Both the position numbers and the translations under genes were made by a program. A DNA stretch of 32,000 nt, taken from Candidatus Nitrosocosmicus sp. FF01 (GTDB lineage Archaea > Thermoproteota > Nitrososphaeria > Nitrososphaerales > Nitrososphaeraceae). The notes under the pieces are model-generated. The model was not told the DNA's origin. It did no database searches and worked only from the letters and a program-made list of their open reading frames with translations. Positions within the stretch are counted from its first letter, which is position 1; the number at the start of each line of letters is the position of its first letter. The DNA lies in the NCBI RefSeq assembly GCF_047711275.1, contig NZ_JBLNIG010000002.1, positions 515,929 through 547,928 on the forward strand. Direction: 5' to 3'. Positions 17,341-26,512 of the stretch are shown here, one piece after another.

Positions 17341-19740
17341 CTAATTATAGCTGTTACTGTTATTTTGGTGTAAATTTTGAATGGTAATTACTTTGACCCG
17401 CCTTAAATTGTTAGGTTTACTTGAACCATCTGAATTGGGCAAAAATGTATCACTTGACTCAAGTATCTTGTAGTCGTGAGCTGGTATGAGGGAAATTATT
17501 TTTTCAAAGTCTACATTATCGTCTACAACAATCTGAATAGTCCCGCCATGATTTAATTTTGAGCTATAAGAATGAAGCAAGTTCTTCAAAATTCTTTCCT
17601 TATTCACAGTTTTTCTGGATTTATCATAAAAGATAGTAACTATGAAATTATCCACAGATTTATCTTTTATAAAAGGAAGGATATTTTCGCTGTTACCGGG
17701 CAATATTTCCAAGTTGTTGATTTGAATACCGGATAGTTTTGCTTGTGTATTGATTATTTCTATTTTGTCTTTTACAATACCGATGAAATATTCGTTCCTT
17801 TTCTTTAGAGCATTATTTATTAAAAAATCACAACTACTTGTCTTTACGTCTATGTTTATTTTTTCATACTTTGTTTTGGCATCTAAAATTAGATTGTTTA
17901 TTTTATTGGCTGGGTTACCTTCATGAAAAAATTGGTACACATTATCCCATTTTTGCCTAAATACGTCTGGAAAATTCTTTCTTGTTATGATTTCTTTAAA
18001 TAGAGAACCTTCTGAAAATAATGATAAAAATCTATCAGTTCTAGAAACTGCCTCAACTATTGGAAAATCTAATTCTTCATATAATTTAACTACTCTGTTC
18101 CAGGCTAGGAGAGGGTCTGAACTTAAATATGTTACCGATAAATCTGAAAGTGATAGAATTTCTGCGATCAAATTGATTTTTTCTACCGAAATCTCTTCAC
18201 TATCTATTTCCTTTAGCAACTGATTAAAACTGTTATAAGCCTTCTGGTTAAATGGATAATCTGTTCTCCAGATTAGAGCTTCAACTATTTTGCTTTCGAC
18301 ATTGACTTTTCTGTCCGCAAGCATTTCTGGATGCGTAGTTGCGAACTCCTGCGGAGGCAATAATGAAGACTCGTATTTTCTGAAAAATCTGATGAATTCA
18401 TCATTTGTCAACATAAAATATGCATCATGAATTCTTGTTCTCTTTAATTCCGCTATGGTGCTTGAAACTGTAGGTACTCTTGAATATCTTAATTCATAAT
18501 GAGATGTGCCAATTACAGGATCGTAGTCATGCAGCAAAGCAGCCACCACCATTATTTCAAAGTCTTTACTAGTGATGGTATATCCATGTATTTCCTTTGG
18601 TAACATATTGAGGCTCATATACGTGACCTCTAGTGAATGGTGTAAGTTGTGATATTCACTTGAGCCTTCCCCCAAACCCAGCTTTTCATACTCTTTTTTT
18701 AGGAACTCTGTCAACGTATGCAGTTTATCAAGGGACATTTCATTGATTCCCACTGCTTTTGATTTTATTAGAATTGATTCGATTAAGTAGTCTAAAGTTA
18801 AACCCGACAAATTTTCATTTGTGTATTGAATTTGTCTCTTTTTAGCACCAGGGAGGATATCTTTTGCTTTGTTATATACTATTCGTATTGGGAGACTTTT
18901 GTTTAAATAAGTATAGAAAGATGTGAGTATATTTCCTGTATTCTTAAGTACGGGTTTTTCTTTAAATAGGATTTCGTCAATTATTTGGGGAATGTTCTTA
19001 TTAACGTTAGATATTTTATTCGTTATTGTATTTATTTCCACCTGAGAGAACATATTAAATCTCTTGTATTCTGTATTTAATACCAGCCACTGTGGTATCA
19101 TGACTTTAAAAACTGTGATTGAATTATCGTCTACTAATGATCTTGTGTTCCTAGACATCGACCCTATATTATTGGTATATCGTATTATTATGATAACGTT
19201 CCCTTTTCCTTTATTAAATGAGAGGCTGGCATCCTTTACTACTTGCAATTTTACATTCTTGTTTATTTTTTGTAACTCTAAGAGCATCTTCCAATATTTA
19301 CCCTTATCGAGCCAATGCGGTACTTCGTTTTCTCTGTCCCAGAAATCTACCAAACGGTGATATGCATAACCTTCTTCTGGCTGGTTTGTTTCTGGATTCA
19401 AGGTTTCGCAATCATATTCTCCGATGAGCGGGTCCAATTTACGACTAGCGTGCCATGTATCTCTGACTAATTTAGTACCATACTCAAACTGTGTGTGCGC
19501 CATCAGACCCCATACACACCCCAATGCACTGGTAATCGAAAATAACAAATTTATCCAATCCTTGTTCCAATCAAATTTCTCATTCAAAAAAAGGTCAGAC
19601 AATAGTGGGATGGCAAATATACCTGTGCTAATCATAGAGGTAAAAGATAAAGCAATAAAAAAATATGCAGCATAATCGTAATGAGATAGATTAAATGTCC
19701 ATTTTTTAGACTTTATGGTAGAATTACCTTCTACAGTCAA
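17341..19740 (-). CDS. Membrane-anchored HD-domain protein of unknown function
   Basis: 799 aa. Two N-terminal hydrophobic helices (AAYFFIALSFTSMISTGIFAIPLL and WINLLFSITSALGCVWGLMA). A central HD phosphohydrolase-like signature (YHNLHHSLEV ... VVAALLHDYDP). The C-terminal ~170 aa faintly resemble the tail of a Rossmann methyltransferase (LNHGGTIQIVVDD). Forced TTG start right after an in-frame stop. Confidence 0.6.
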   Translation of the reverse strand: MTVEGNSTIKSKKWTFNLSHYDYAAYFFIALSFTSMISTGIFAIPLLSDLFLNEKFDWNKDWINLLFSITSALGCVWGLMAHTQFEYGTKLVRDTWHASRKLDPLIGEYDCETLNPETNQPEEGYAYHRLVDFWDRENEVPHWLDKGKYWKMLLELQKINKNVKLQVVKDASLSFNKGKGNVIIIIRYTNNIGSMSRNTRSLVDDNSITVFKVMIPQWLVLNTEYKRFNMFSQVEINTITNKISNVNKNIPQIIDEILFKEKPVLKNTGNILTSFYTYLNKSLPIRIVYNKAKDILPGAKKRQIQYTNENLSGLTLDYLIESILIKSKAVGINEMSLDKLHTLTEFLKKEYEKLGLGEGSSEYHNLHHSLEVTYMSLNMLPKEIHGYTITSKDFEIMVVAALLHDYDPVIGTSHYELRYSRVPTVSSTIAELKRTRIHDAYFMLTNDEFIRFFRKYESSLLPPQEFATTHPEMLADRKVNVESKIVEALIWRTDYPFNQKAYNSFNQLLKEIDSEEISVEKINLIAEILSLSDLSVTYLSSDPLLAWNRVVKLYEELDFPIVEAVSRTDRFLSLFSEGSLFKEIITRKNFPDVFRQKWDNVYQFFHEGNPANKINNLILDAKTKYEKINIDVKTSSCDFLINNALKKRNEYFIGIVKDKIEIINTQAKLSGIQINNLEILPGNSENILPFIKDKSVDNFIVTIFYDKSRKTVNKERILKNLLHSYSSKLNHGGTIQIVVDDNVDFEKIISLIPAHDYKILESSDTFLPNSDGSSKPNNLRRVKVITIQNLHQNNSNSYN

Positions 19741-19956
19741 TTAACTCCACACCCAATTGGAAATCGGGCACCGTCTAATTTTCCATTTATTGATATTTAA
19801 TTTAATTTATCCCTCTTTCTATTTTATGAATGTTATTTTTAAGATCTCTGCTTTAATGCTAAGAATAAAGTGACTAGCTGTTATTATCATTATTAGGTCA
19901 AGGTCAAAAGCTACATCATCAATATGATAGGAAACAAAGACCAGATGTATAGGGAA

Positions 19957-21312
19957 CTAGTAAACATCCATCTTTCTTGCCTTATTTTCAACATTGTTTA
20001 TAATGTTCTTTGAAGCTGAAAGCTGAGTTTGAGGATTAAAGATAACTTTTAGTTCCTCTTTGCTAATATTATCAGTGATTTCAGGTTCACTTATTAGTGC
20101 ATCATAAAAATGCTTGTGATTTTCTGCTGCATTAAAGGCTATGGATTGGATACTCCTATATGCCTTAACCCTTGGAAGACCCTTTAATATCAATCCTTGA
20201 AGAACAAACTCTGCAAATATTTGACCGTTTGTTAATTCAATATTCTTTTGAATTTTGTCTGTATTTATTTTCAATCCCGATATGATTTTTACCATCGTAC
20301 CTATCATATCGTCGATTAAAATAGATGCCATTGGAATTATGAAACGCTCGTTAGCAGAATTTGATAGATCCCTTTCATGCCATAATGCAATATTTTCTAA
20401 AGAAACATTTAGATTTGATCTAATAATTCTGGCCAAAGAAGAAATCCTTTCACTCTTTATAGGGTTTCTTTTTACTGGTACTGCACTACTCCCCATTTGT
20501 CCTTTTTTAAATGATTCTTGAACCTCATCAATTTCAGTTCGTTGTAAATTTCTAATTTCAATAGCCATTTTATCAAGGGTGGAAGATACAAGCGTAATTA
20601 TGAACATCATCTCCGCATACCTTTCTCTTTGAATTACTTGAGTAGCGGCCTCTGTAGGAAATAGGTCCAATTCATTTGCGACGACTTTTTGAACTTCGAG
20701 CGCTTTCTCTCTCATCAATGAACCTGTTCCAACTACCCCCAAGGTCTTACACAACAAGAATCTTTTTTTACCTTCGTTAATTCTCGTCAAATCATCTAGT
20801 AACTCGTTTGCCCAAATAGCAAATTTGAGTCCAAATGCAGTGATGCTGGCATGTTGTCCATGTGTTCTACCCACTGAAGGCAAATCCTGATATTTTCTCG
20901 CTTTATCCAGCAATTCTTTTATCAATTGTTGTAATTTTGTTTCAATAATTCTAAATACATCTCGCATCTGCATGGAAGTGCTGCTATCTACTACATCATT
21001 ACTTGTTAATCCGTAATGAACCCACGGTTTAGAGCTTTCCGAGCATAATTCGCTGATTGCTTCAACTATTGCCGCTATATCGTGATCACTTACACTTTCT
21101 AATTCTTTAACTCTTTTTACTGTAATTCTATTCGACAAAACTACATTTTTTATATCGGCTGCTGCTGCTTTTGGAATCATGTTTAGTTTAGCTTGTGCGT
21201 TGGCCACTTCAGCTTCGAAGGTCAATTCATAATGTAATTTTGTTTCTTCCTCAAAAATAGCCTTCATTTCTTTTGTTCCATATCTTCCACTATCAATAGG
21301 TAAAATCGGCAT
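19957..21312 (-). CDS. purB: Adenylosuccinate lyase
   Basis: 451 aa. Fumarate-lyase family signature GSSAVPVKRNP. The length and the blocks TSNDV and GRTHGQHA are typical of PurB. Confidence 0.9.
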   Translation of the reverse strand: MPILPIDSGRYGTKEMKAIFEEETKLHYELTFEAEVANAQAKLNMIPKAAAADIKNVVLSNRITVKRVKELESVSDHDIAAIVEAISELCSESSKPWVHYGLTSNDVVDSSTSMQMRDVFRIIETKLQQLIKELLDKARKYQDLPSVGRTHGQHASITAFGLKFAIWANELLDDLTRINEGKKRFLLCKTLGVVGTGSLMREKALEVQKVVANELDLFPTEAATQVIQRERYAEMMFIITLVSSTLDKMAIEIRNLQRTEIDEVQESFKKGQMGSSAVPVKRNPIKSERISSLARIIRSNLNVSLENIALWHERDLSNSANERFIIPMASILIDDMIGTMVKIISGLKINTDKIQKNIELTNGQIFAEFVLQGLILKGLPRVKAYRSIQSIAFNAAENHKHFYDALISEPEITDNISKEELKVIFNPQTQLSASKNIINNVENKARKMDVY

Positions 21313-21400
21313 CAGTCTAGAATCAAATATGAATTATCTAATTTATTATTTAGGATGATTAATATTTGCCAAAATTCGATTATTTATCTTAAAAGGTATA

Positions 21401-22879
21401 ATGTCTGGTTCATTAGTAACAAAAAATGGTAAACATGTAGTTAACAAAATTTCAGATAATCAGTTTCAGATAGAGAGGGATAAATCGAGAGGAATGAATG
21501 TTCCAGTCACAGTATTCGCAAATGATCTATTGATTTCCAAAATGACGTTAGATAGAACACTCGATCAGGCGGTCAATGTCACAACTCTGCCTGGCGTCAA
21601 AAAGCATATGGTTGTACTTCCTGATGGACATGAGGGCTACGGCTTTCCAGTTGGCGGAGTAGCTGCATCTGATTTCGAGGAAGGGATAATTAGCCCCGGT
21701 GGAGTCGGCTATGATATCAATTGTGGAGTTAGATTGATTCGAACTAATTTACTGGAATCTGATATCCATTCAAAACTCAAACACTTGGTGGATTCTCTAT
21801 TTTCATCTATTCCAACTGGTGTGGGAAGTGAAGGGGCTATTAAGCTGACCAACGCGGAACTAGATGATTTGCTTGTTGATGGAGCAAAGTGGTCTGTGGA
21901 ACATGGTTACGGTATGGATAGTGATCTGGAATCATGTGAAGAGGGCGGAAAGATGAATGGCGCAGACCCCGTTAACATTTCGGCCAATGCAAGGAAAAGA
22001 GGCTCGATGCAATTAGGCAGCCTCGGTTCGGGGAATCACTTTCTTGAGATCCAAAAGGTAGACAAGATACTTGATAAGGAAGCAGCAAGTGCCATGGGTA
22101 TTTCACGGGAAGGAGAGATACAGATCCTAATACATTGTGGTTCTCGTGGATTCGGACATCAAGTTTGTTCAGATTATCTTAGGTTATCAGAACAAGCCAT
22201 GAAAAAATATGATTTAAATGTAATAGACAGGGAGTTGGCTTGTGTACCCAATATTTCGACAGAGGGAGAAAGTTACAGAAAATCTATGTTCTCTGCATTG
22301 AATTTTGCATGGGCAAATAGACAAATGCTTACTCACTGGACGAGGATGACATTTCAAAAGGTTCTAAATCTACGAGAAGAGGATCTGGAAATGAAGCTAG
22401 TATATGATGTGTCTCATAACATTGCAAAGGTTGAACATCATAAAATTGATGGTGAAGGTTCTCGTGACTTGGTAGTACATAGAAAAGGTGCCACGCGTGC
22501 ATTCCCATATGGAATGGAACAACTTCCTTCAAGGTTTCGGTCTATCGGTCAACCTGTGATTATACCAGGATCGATGGGTACAGCAAGCTGGGTTCTCTTA
22601 GGTTCTCCAAAATCTATGGATCTTAGCTTTGGATCCACGGCACATGGCGCAGGAAGAACTATGTCAAGATCAGAGGCAAAAAGAACCCATACACTAGAAA
22701 GTGTAAAGAAAAAATTAGAGTCAAGAGGAATATATGTTAGATCTTTGACCAAAAATGGACTAATTGAAGAATCACCGGATGCATACAAGGATGTAGACAT
22801 GGTTGCGGATGTATCACACAACGTTGGGATCGCGACTAAAGTCGTTAGACTTGTCCCTCTGGGAGTTATTAAAGGTTAA
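21401..22879 (+). CDS. rtcB: RNA-splicing ligase RtcB
   Basis: 492 aa. GGVGYDINCGVR, GSGNHFLE, HCGSRGFGHQ, PGSMG and HGAGR are all hallmark RtcB motifs. Confidence 0.93.
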   Translation: MSGSLVTKNGKHVVNKISDNQFQIERDKSRGMNVPVTVFANDLLISKMTLDRTLDQAVNVTTLPGVKKHMVVLPDGHEGYGFPVGGVAASDFEEGIISPGGVGYDINCGVRLIRTNLLESDIHSKLKHLVDSLFSSIPTGVGSEGAIKLTNAELDDLLVDGAKWSVEHGYGMDSDLESCEEGGKMNGADPVNISANARKRGSMQLGSLGSGNHFLEIQKVDKILDKEAASAMGISREGEIQILIHCGSRGFGHQVCSDYLRLSEQAMKKYDLNVIDRELACVPNISTEGESYRKSMFSALNFAWANRQMLTHWTRMTFQKVLNLREEDLEMKLVYDVSHNIAKVEHHKIDGEGSRDLVVHRKGATRAFPYGMEQLPSRFRSIGQPVIIPGSMGTASWVLLGSPKSMDLSFGSTAHGAGRTMSRSEAKRTHTLESVKKKLESRGIYVRSLTKNGLIEESPDAYKDVDMVADVSHNVGIATKVVRLVPLGVIKG

Positions 22880-22904
22880 ATTGGACGCAGGTAAGAATTC
22901 AGGC

Positions 22905-23363
22905 ATGGATGATCCAGATCTTGAATTAATTAAAAAACGAAAGATGAGGAAATTACAGGAACAATTGGCATTCAGAGAAAGGCAGGAGCAAGAGAAGGCG
23001 AAGGAGAAGGACAAGAATAATTTGGAACTCCAAAATCAAATAAATAAACAAAAATCTAACGAAATTGATTCCGAAAGGAACTTTTTGCTGCGCCACATGT
23101 ATGACAGAGGGGATGAGGTTCTAAAACTTGCAGAACAACAATACCCATTCCAAACTAAGATGATAATAAAGAGGTTAAATGAACTAATTCGGTTTGGAGA
23201 AATCCCTGGAATATCTGGTGGTGATATGCTTAGTGTTTATAGATCACTTGGTCTAAATATCAGGGTTGATACCCATATTTCTATATCAGACCATGGCAAA
23301 ACAATAAGTTTTTCGGATAAACTAAAACAATCAACAGCTTCAGAACTGGATGAATCGTCCTAA
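22905..23363 (+). CDS. PDCD5/TFAR19-like DNA-binding protein (dsDNA_bind family), tentative
   Basis: 152 aa from ATG 22905. The N-terminus MDDPDLELIKKRKMRKLQEQ, a charged linker and a helical core (YPFQTKMIIKRLNELIRFGEI.G.ISG) are collinear with archaeal PDCD5-like proteins such as MTH1615, as I recall them. The tracked start at 22803 would overlap rtcB by 77 nt. Confidence 0.5.
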   Translation: MDDPDLELIKKRKMRKLQEQLAFRERQEQEKAKEKDKNNLELQNQINKQKSNEIDSERNFLLRHMYDRGDEVLKLAEQQYPFQTKMIIKRLNELIRFGEIPGISGGDMLSVYRSLGLNIRVDTHISISDHGKTISFSDKLKQSTASELDESS

Positions 23364-23499
23364 GCTAAGTAAAGTCAATAGGGCTTGCTAGAAGTTTCTT
23401 GCCATCATGCTGGCATCCATTTTATATAAACTTTATGGAAAATACTTACACTTTGTTACTATTTTGATTATCTTTTTATGATTAAATTCTACTATAATT

Positions 23500-23521
23500 A
23501 AAACAAAAAAAAATAAAAAAA
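23500..23521 (-). terminator. Poly-T terminator of amoC copy 2
   Basis: Identical T-rich tract to copy 1, directly after the stop codon. Confidence 0.55.
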
Positions 23522-24085
23522 TTAAGGAACTGATCTGCTGTAGAGTTTTCCTTCTAGTGCTAGTTTGTACATTTCTGCTACGTATGGGTTTCTTGCAGGC
23601 GTTTCCGCACCCAGCTCCACCAAACGTGCATATACCCTAACTACATAGGCCAAAGCACCCATAAATGCTACTACTACACCCATGTTAAACATCCAGTGGT
23701 TTGGTACAGAGAATATCTCTTCAACAAACCAAAAGTGCCACATTTCATTGATACCTATAGTAAACATGGTTGCCAAGTAACCGATAATGGTGATCTTTAG
23801 ACCAGTATTCATTGAATTGTTTGGTCCTCGTAGTACTGGAACTCTTCTGTCATACATTGCAACAAATCCCCAACCTAATGGAAGTGCAATAAAGTGACTG
23901 TACAACCACCAGTGAGCTGGTGTAAATGCACTATCTCTAATTGCTGTTTGGTGTAGTGATCCATCAACAAAGTTATCTACTTCTACTGATGCAGCAATAG
24001 ATCCTAGCATGATGACCATCAGATAGATCTTTTTTAGCCTTTGAATTTCAACTTCTTTTGGAATTAATGCTGGCATTTGGGCCAT
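23522..24085 (-). CDS. amoC: Ammonia monooxygenase subunit C (archaeal), copy 2
   Basis: The 187-aa product is identical to copy 1. The nucleotide sequence differs at two synonymous sites. Confidence 0.93.
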   Translation of the reverse strand: MAQMPALIPKEVEIQRLKKIYLMVIMLGSIAASVEVDNFVDGSLHQTAIRDSAFTPAHWWLYSHFIALPLGWGFVAMYDRRVPVLRGPNNSMNTGLKITIIGYLATMFTIGINEMWHFWFVEEIFSVPNHWMFNMGVVVAFMGALAYVVRVYARLVELGAETPARNPYVAEMYKLALEGKLYSRSVP

Positions 24086-24116
24086 AATCTTTCTTCAACA
24101 TATCTTCCAGATTTAG

Positions 24117-24124
24117 GTATATAA
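24117..24124 (-). promoter_or_regulatory. TATA-box-like element of amoC copy 2
   Basis: Same element and spacing as copy 1, within the repeat. Confidence 0.4.
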
Positions 24125-24281
24125 GATATTAAGTATAAAAGTTACAAATGCAAATAGGACAATATATAGAAAATACTATTCTTATATGTCAATAGTATAG
24201 AAATTATATAAAAGTGAACAAATAATGGATATTGTGAAGTAAAGCATAGCTGATTAGCGGGAGTGATAACCGAACATTTAA

Positions 24282-25187
24282 CTAAGAAATTATAGGCTCC
24301 ACCTTTTGAACCGTTAAGGCATGATTATCGGTGTAAATGTTTGAAATAATTTCTGTCTTGTATACCTGGATATCTGATATGTTTGTGCTATTGCCTTCTT
24401 GTAAATCTAACTTATTCTTGATTAGGTTGACAGGATTTATTATTTCATCAGAGTCTATTTTAAAAATAGCGGTAAGATTATCCATCATTTTTCCCTCAGC
24501 GGAGGGTATCGAGAAATCTGTTTTTAGATACAACGCTTCTTTGTTTAAATTATCCAATGTATTTACCGTGTGCAACACGTCTACATTGACCAAATTACCA
24601 ATTTCTGACGCATTGATTATCGTATTTCCAATCTGATTGTTTAAAAAATTATTTACCAGTAACCCGTCATTGATACTGATCTCTATTTTTACAATCCCTT
24701 CTGCAAAATTGTTTGAAATATTGTTGGTAGTGTTGTTAGCAGTAGCGGAATCTGGACTTGTTTGAGAAAATGGAAATATTTTTGCACAATTAATATTTAC
24801 AATACTTTCTGAAGGGACATTAAGAATATTGAAATTACTCTTATATTGTTGATTTACCGCAATCGCTTTCCAAATTATGGTGATTGGAAAATCCTTTTTG
24901 TTAAAAATAGTAATATCTGAATCATACTTTCCGGGCCTTAACGGTCCACTATCGTCATCGATTGAACCACAATTGAATCTAGCATAATAGTTCACTGTCA
25001 ACTCATTTTGCGAAAAATTTGGTTTTGAATTAGTAGTATTAGTGTTGGTTGTAATGGCTGTGGTAGTCTGGCCTAAAACATTTTTGACCGACAAGAATCC
25101 ACTTTCTCCTCCTACTCCTCCTCCTCCAAAAATGATGACTTGAGTAACTAGAATAGCTAATATGGTATAGAGTTTATAGCGAACCAT
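24282..25187 (-). CDS. Secreted or membrane-anchored hypothetical protein (Asn/Thr-rich)
   Basis: 301 aa. N-terminal hydrophobic signal or anchor (YTILAILVTQVIIF) followed by a Gly run, a Thr/Asn-rich linker and a Cys-containing beta-rich body. A TATA-like AAAATTATAT lies about 23 nt upstream of the ATG. Confidence 0.5.
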   Translation of the reverse strand: MVRYKLYTILAILVTQVIIFGGGGVGGESGFLSVKNVLGQTTTAITTNTNTTNSKPNFSQNELTVNYYARFNCGSIDDDSGPLRPGKYDSDITIFNKKDFPITIIWKAIAVNQQYKSNFNILNVPSESIVNINCAKIFPFSQTSPDSATANNTTNNISNNFAEGIVKIEISINDGLLVNNFLNNQIGNTIINASEIGNLVNVDVLHTVNTLDNLNKEALYLKTDFSIPSAEGKMMDNLTAIFKIDSDEIINPVNLIKNKLDLQEGNSTNISDIQVYKTEIISNIYTDNHALTVQKVEPIIS

Positions 25188-25266
25188 TCAACAAACGATG
25201 TTCTTTTCGTCGATATAATTTTTATCATAAATTTGAATAATAATTATATAGTCAAATATCACTAGT

Positions 25267-26328
25267 ATGTTATATATGAAATTTGTTTTTTCTCTGATTA
25301 TTATTTTTAGTTTGTTGTCTAGTCCGTTATTGACTTTTTCTCTTGTTCCAAAAAGTGTTTACGGTGATGGTCTTTTCATGGAAGAGCTGGGTGCATCTTT
25401 TGGTGACCGTACCGCTAATTTGTTGATAAAAATGTCACCTCCGGTGGTTACTACAGAGACAATCCAACAGCAAGCTCAAAAACCCGAAATCCAATTTAGA
25501 CTCTATGAAAATCAGTCGGACCAGAACTTTAAGGAGGTAACATATTTCATTACAATCGAAAAAGATGGAAAAACTTTGTTATCTGACTGGTTCTTTAATC
25601 CAAATGGAAATCTGACCATCCAGATGCAACCAAGAAACCAAAGCCAGATTTCAATATATGGAGAGCTCGATCCCATAATGAATGCATACACTACCAGAGG
25701 TGATGATCCGGTGGTAGCAGCTGGACCCATATTTTTGGAAGGAGGATTGTATCACTTTATTGTTAGAATATTGACCGTAGACTTTTCCCGCACTATTCTT
25801 CCCGATGATCAACAACCCGTATTCGATAGTTGGCTCAGTATTGGAGCAGCTGAAAACGCAATATTGGATGTAAAAGGACAAGAAGTTCCAATTAAGGTCC
25901 TGTCATACTACGATGAAATAGGGAATATAACCTACGATCAACAACCTAATTCGATAAACTTTACGATGCCGTTTTCTTATGATCCACAACGAATAGCCGA
26001 TCCTAGAAACACTGTGTTTATTCATCAGGAAGTGGAAATCCCAAAACCTAGTCCACTGTCTGCGGAAGGTGGTTATCAGGGATTTACTAATGGCAAAGAC
26101 GTTACAAATGTACTGATGGTTGATGGGAATAATAAAACAAAGGATGTCGTACATTTTATGATCGCTAAACCAGCTGTTGAGCAAATTACAAACGAGTATT
26201 TGAAAAATTCTAACACTACTAGTGCTGAGGGCTTAATGACCTTCTCACTAATTCCTTCTAAAAATGGTTCAATGGCAATGGGGGGAGGGGCTATGAATCA
26301 CACGATGCCTATGGATATGCCAATGTAA
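25267..26328 (+). CDS. Secreted hypothetical protein with a C-terminal Met/His-rich tail
   Basis: 353 aa. Signal-peptide-like N-terminus (FVFSLIIIFSLLSSPLLTFSLVP). The C-terminus is SMAMGGGAMNHTMPMDMPM. Divergently arranged with the 24282..25187 gene, 79 bp apart. Confidence 0.55.
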   Translation: MLYMKFVFSLIIIFSLLSSPLLTFSLVPKSVYGDGLFMEELGASFGDRTANLLIKMSPPVVTTETIQQQAQKPEIQFRLYENQSDQNFKEVTYFITIEKDGKTLLSDWFFNPNGNLTIQMQPRNQSQISIYGELDPIMNAYTTRGDDPVVAAGPIFLEGGLYHFIVRILTVDFSRTILPDDQQPVFDSWLSIGAAENAILDVKGQEVPIKVLSYYDEIGNITYDQQPNSINFTMPFSYDPQRIADPRNTVFIHQEVEIPKPSPLSAEGGYQGFTNGKDVTNVLMVDGNNKTKDVVHFMIAKPAVEQITNEYLKNSNTTSAEGLMTFSLIPSKNGSMAMGGGAMNHTMPMDMPM

Positions 26329-26512
26329 CAACCATACAGACACTATTCTCCCTCTCTCTCTTATAACGGATGGAAGAGAATGTAACGACTAAGGCCAGTA
26401 ATTTTCCTATTTTTATTTCTATCAAATCACAATGTCCAGGTTACAGCGCATAACAAAGGATGAATATATTACAAATAACATTTTATATCATGGATTTATT
26501 TAAATACTAAAT

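Larger units (their letters stand above)
23500..24269. repeat. 770-bp direct repeat, copy 2 (complete amoC transcription unit)
   Basis: See copy 1. Same orientation, two substitutions in total. Confidence 0.95.

Noticed and set aside
22803-22904. N-terminal 34 codons of the tracked 186-aa ORF (MRMYHTTLGSRLKS...).
   Set aside because: This stretch overlaps the conserved 3' end of rtcB by 77 nt in another frame. The family-like sequence begins at Met35 (ATG 22905).
26329-26400. Inverted repeat ATTCTC...GAGAAT with a CT-rich stretch after the 353-aa gene.
   Set aside because: It is a short stem (6-7 bp) in low-complexity CT/GA sequence. It is plausibly just a terminator-proximal hairpin and not distinctive enough to report as a feature.
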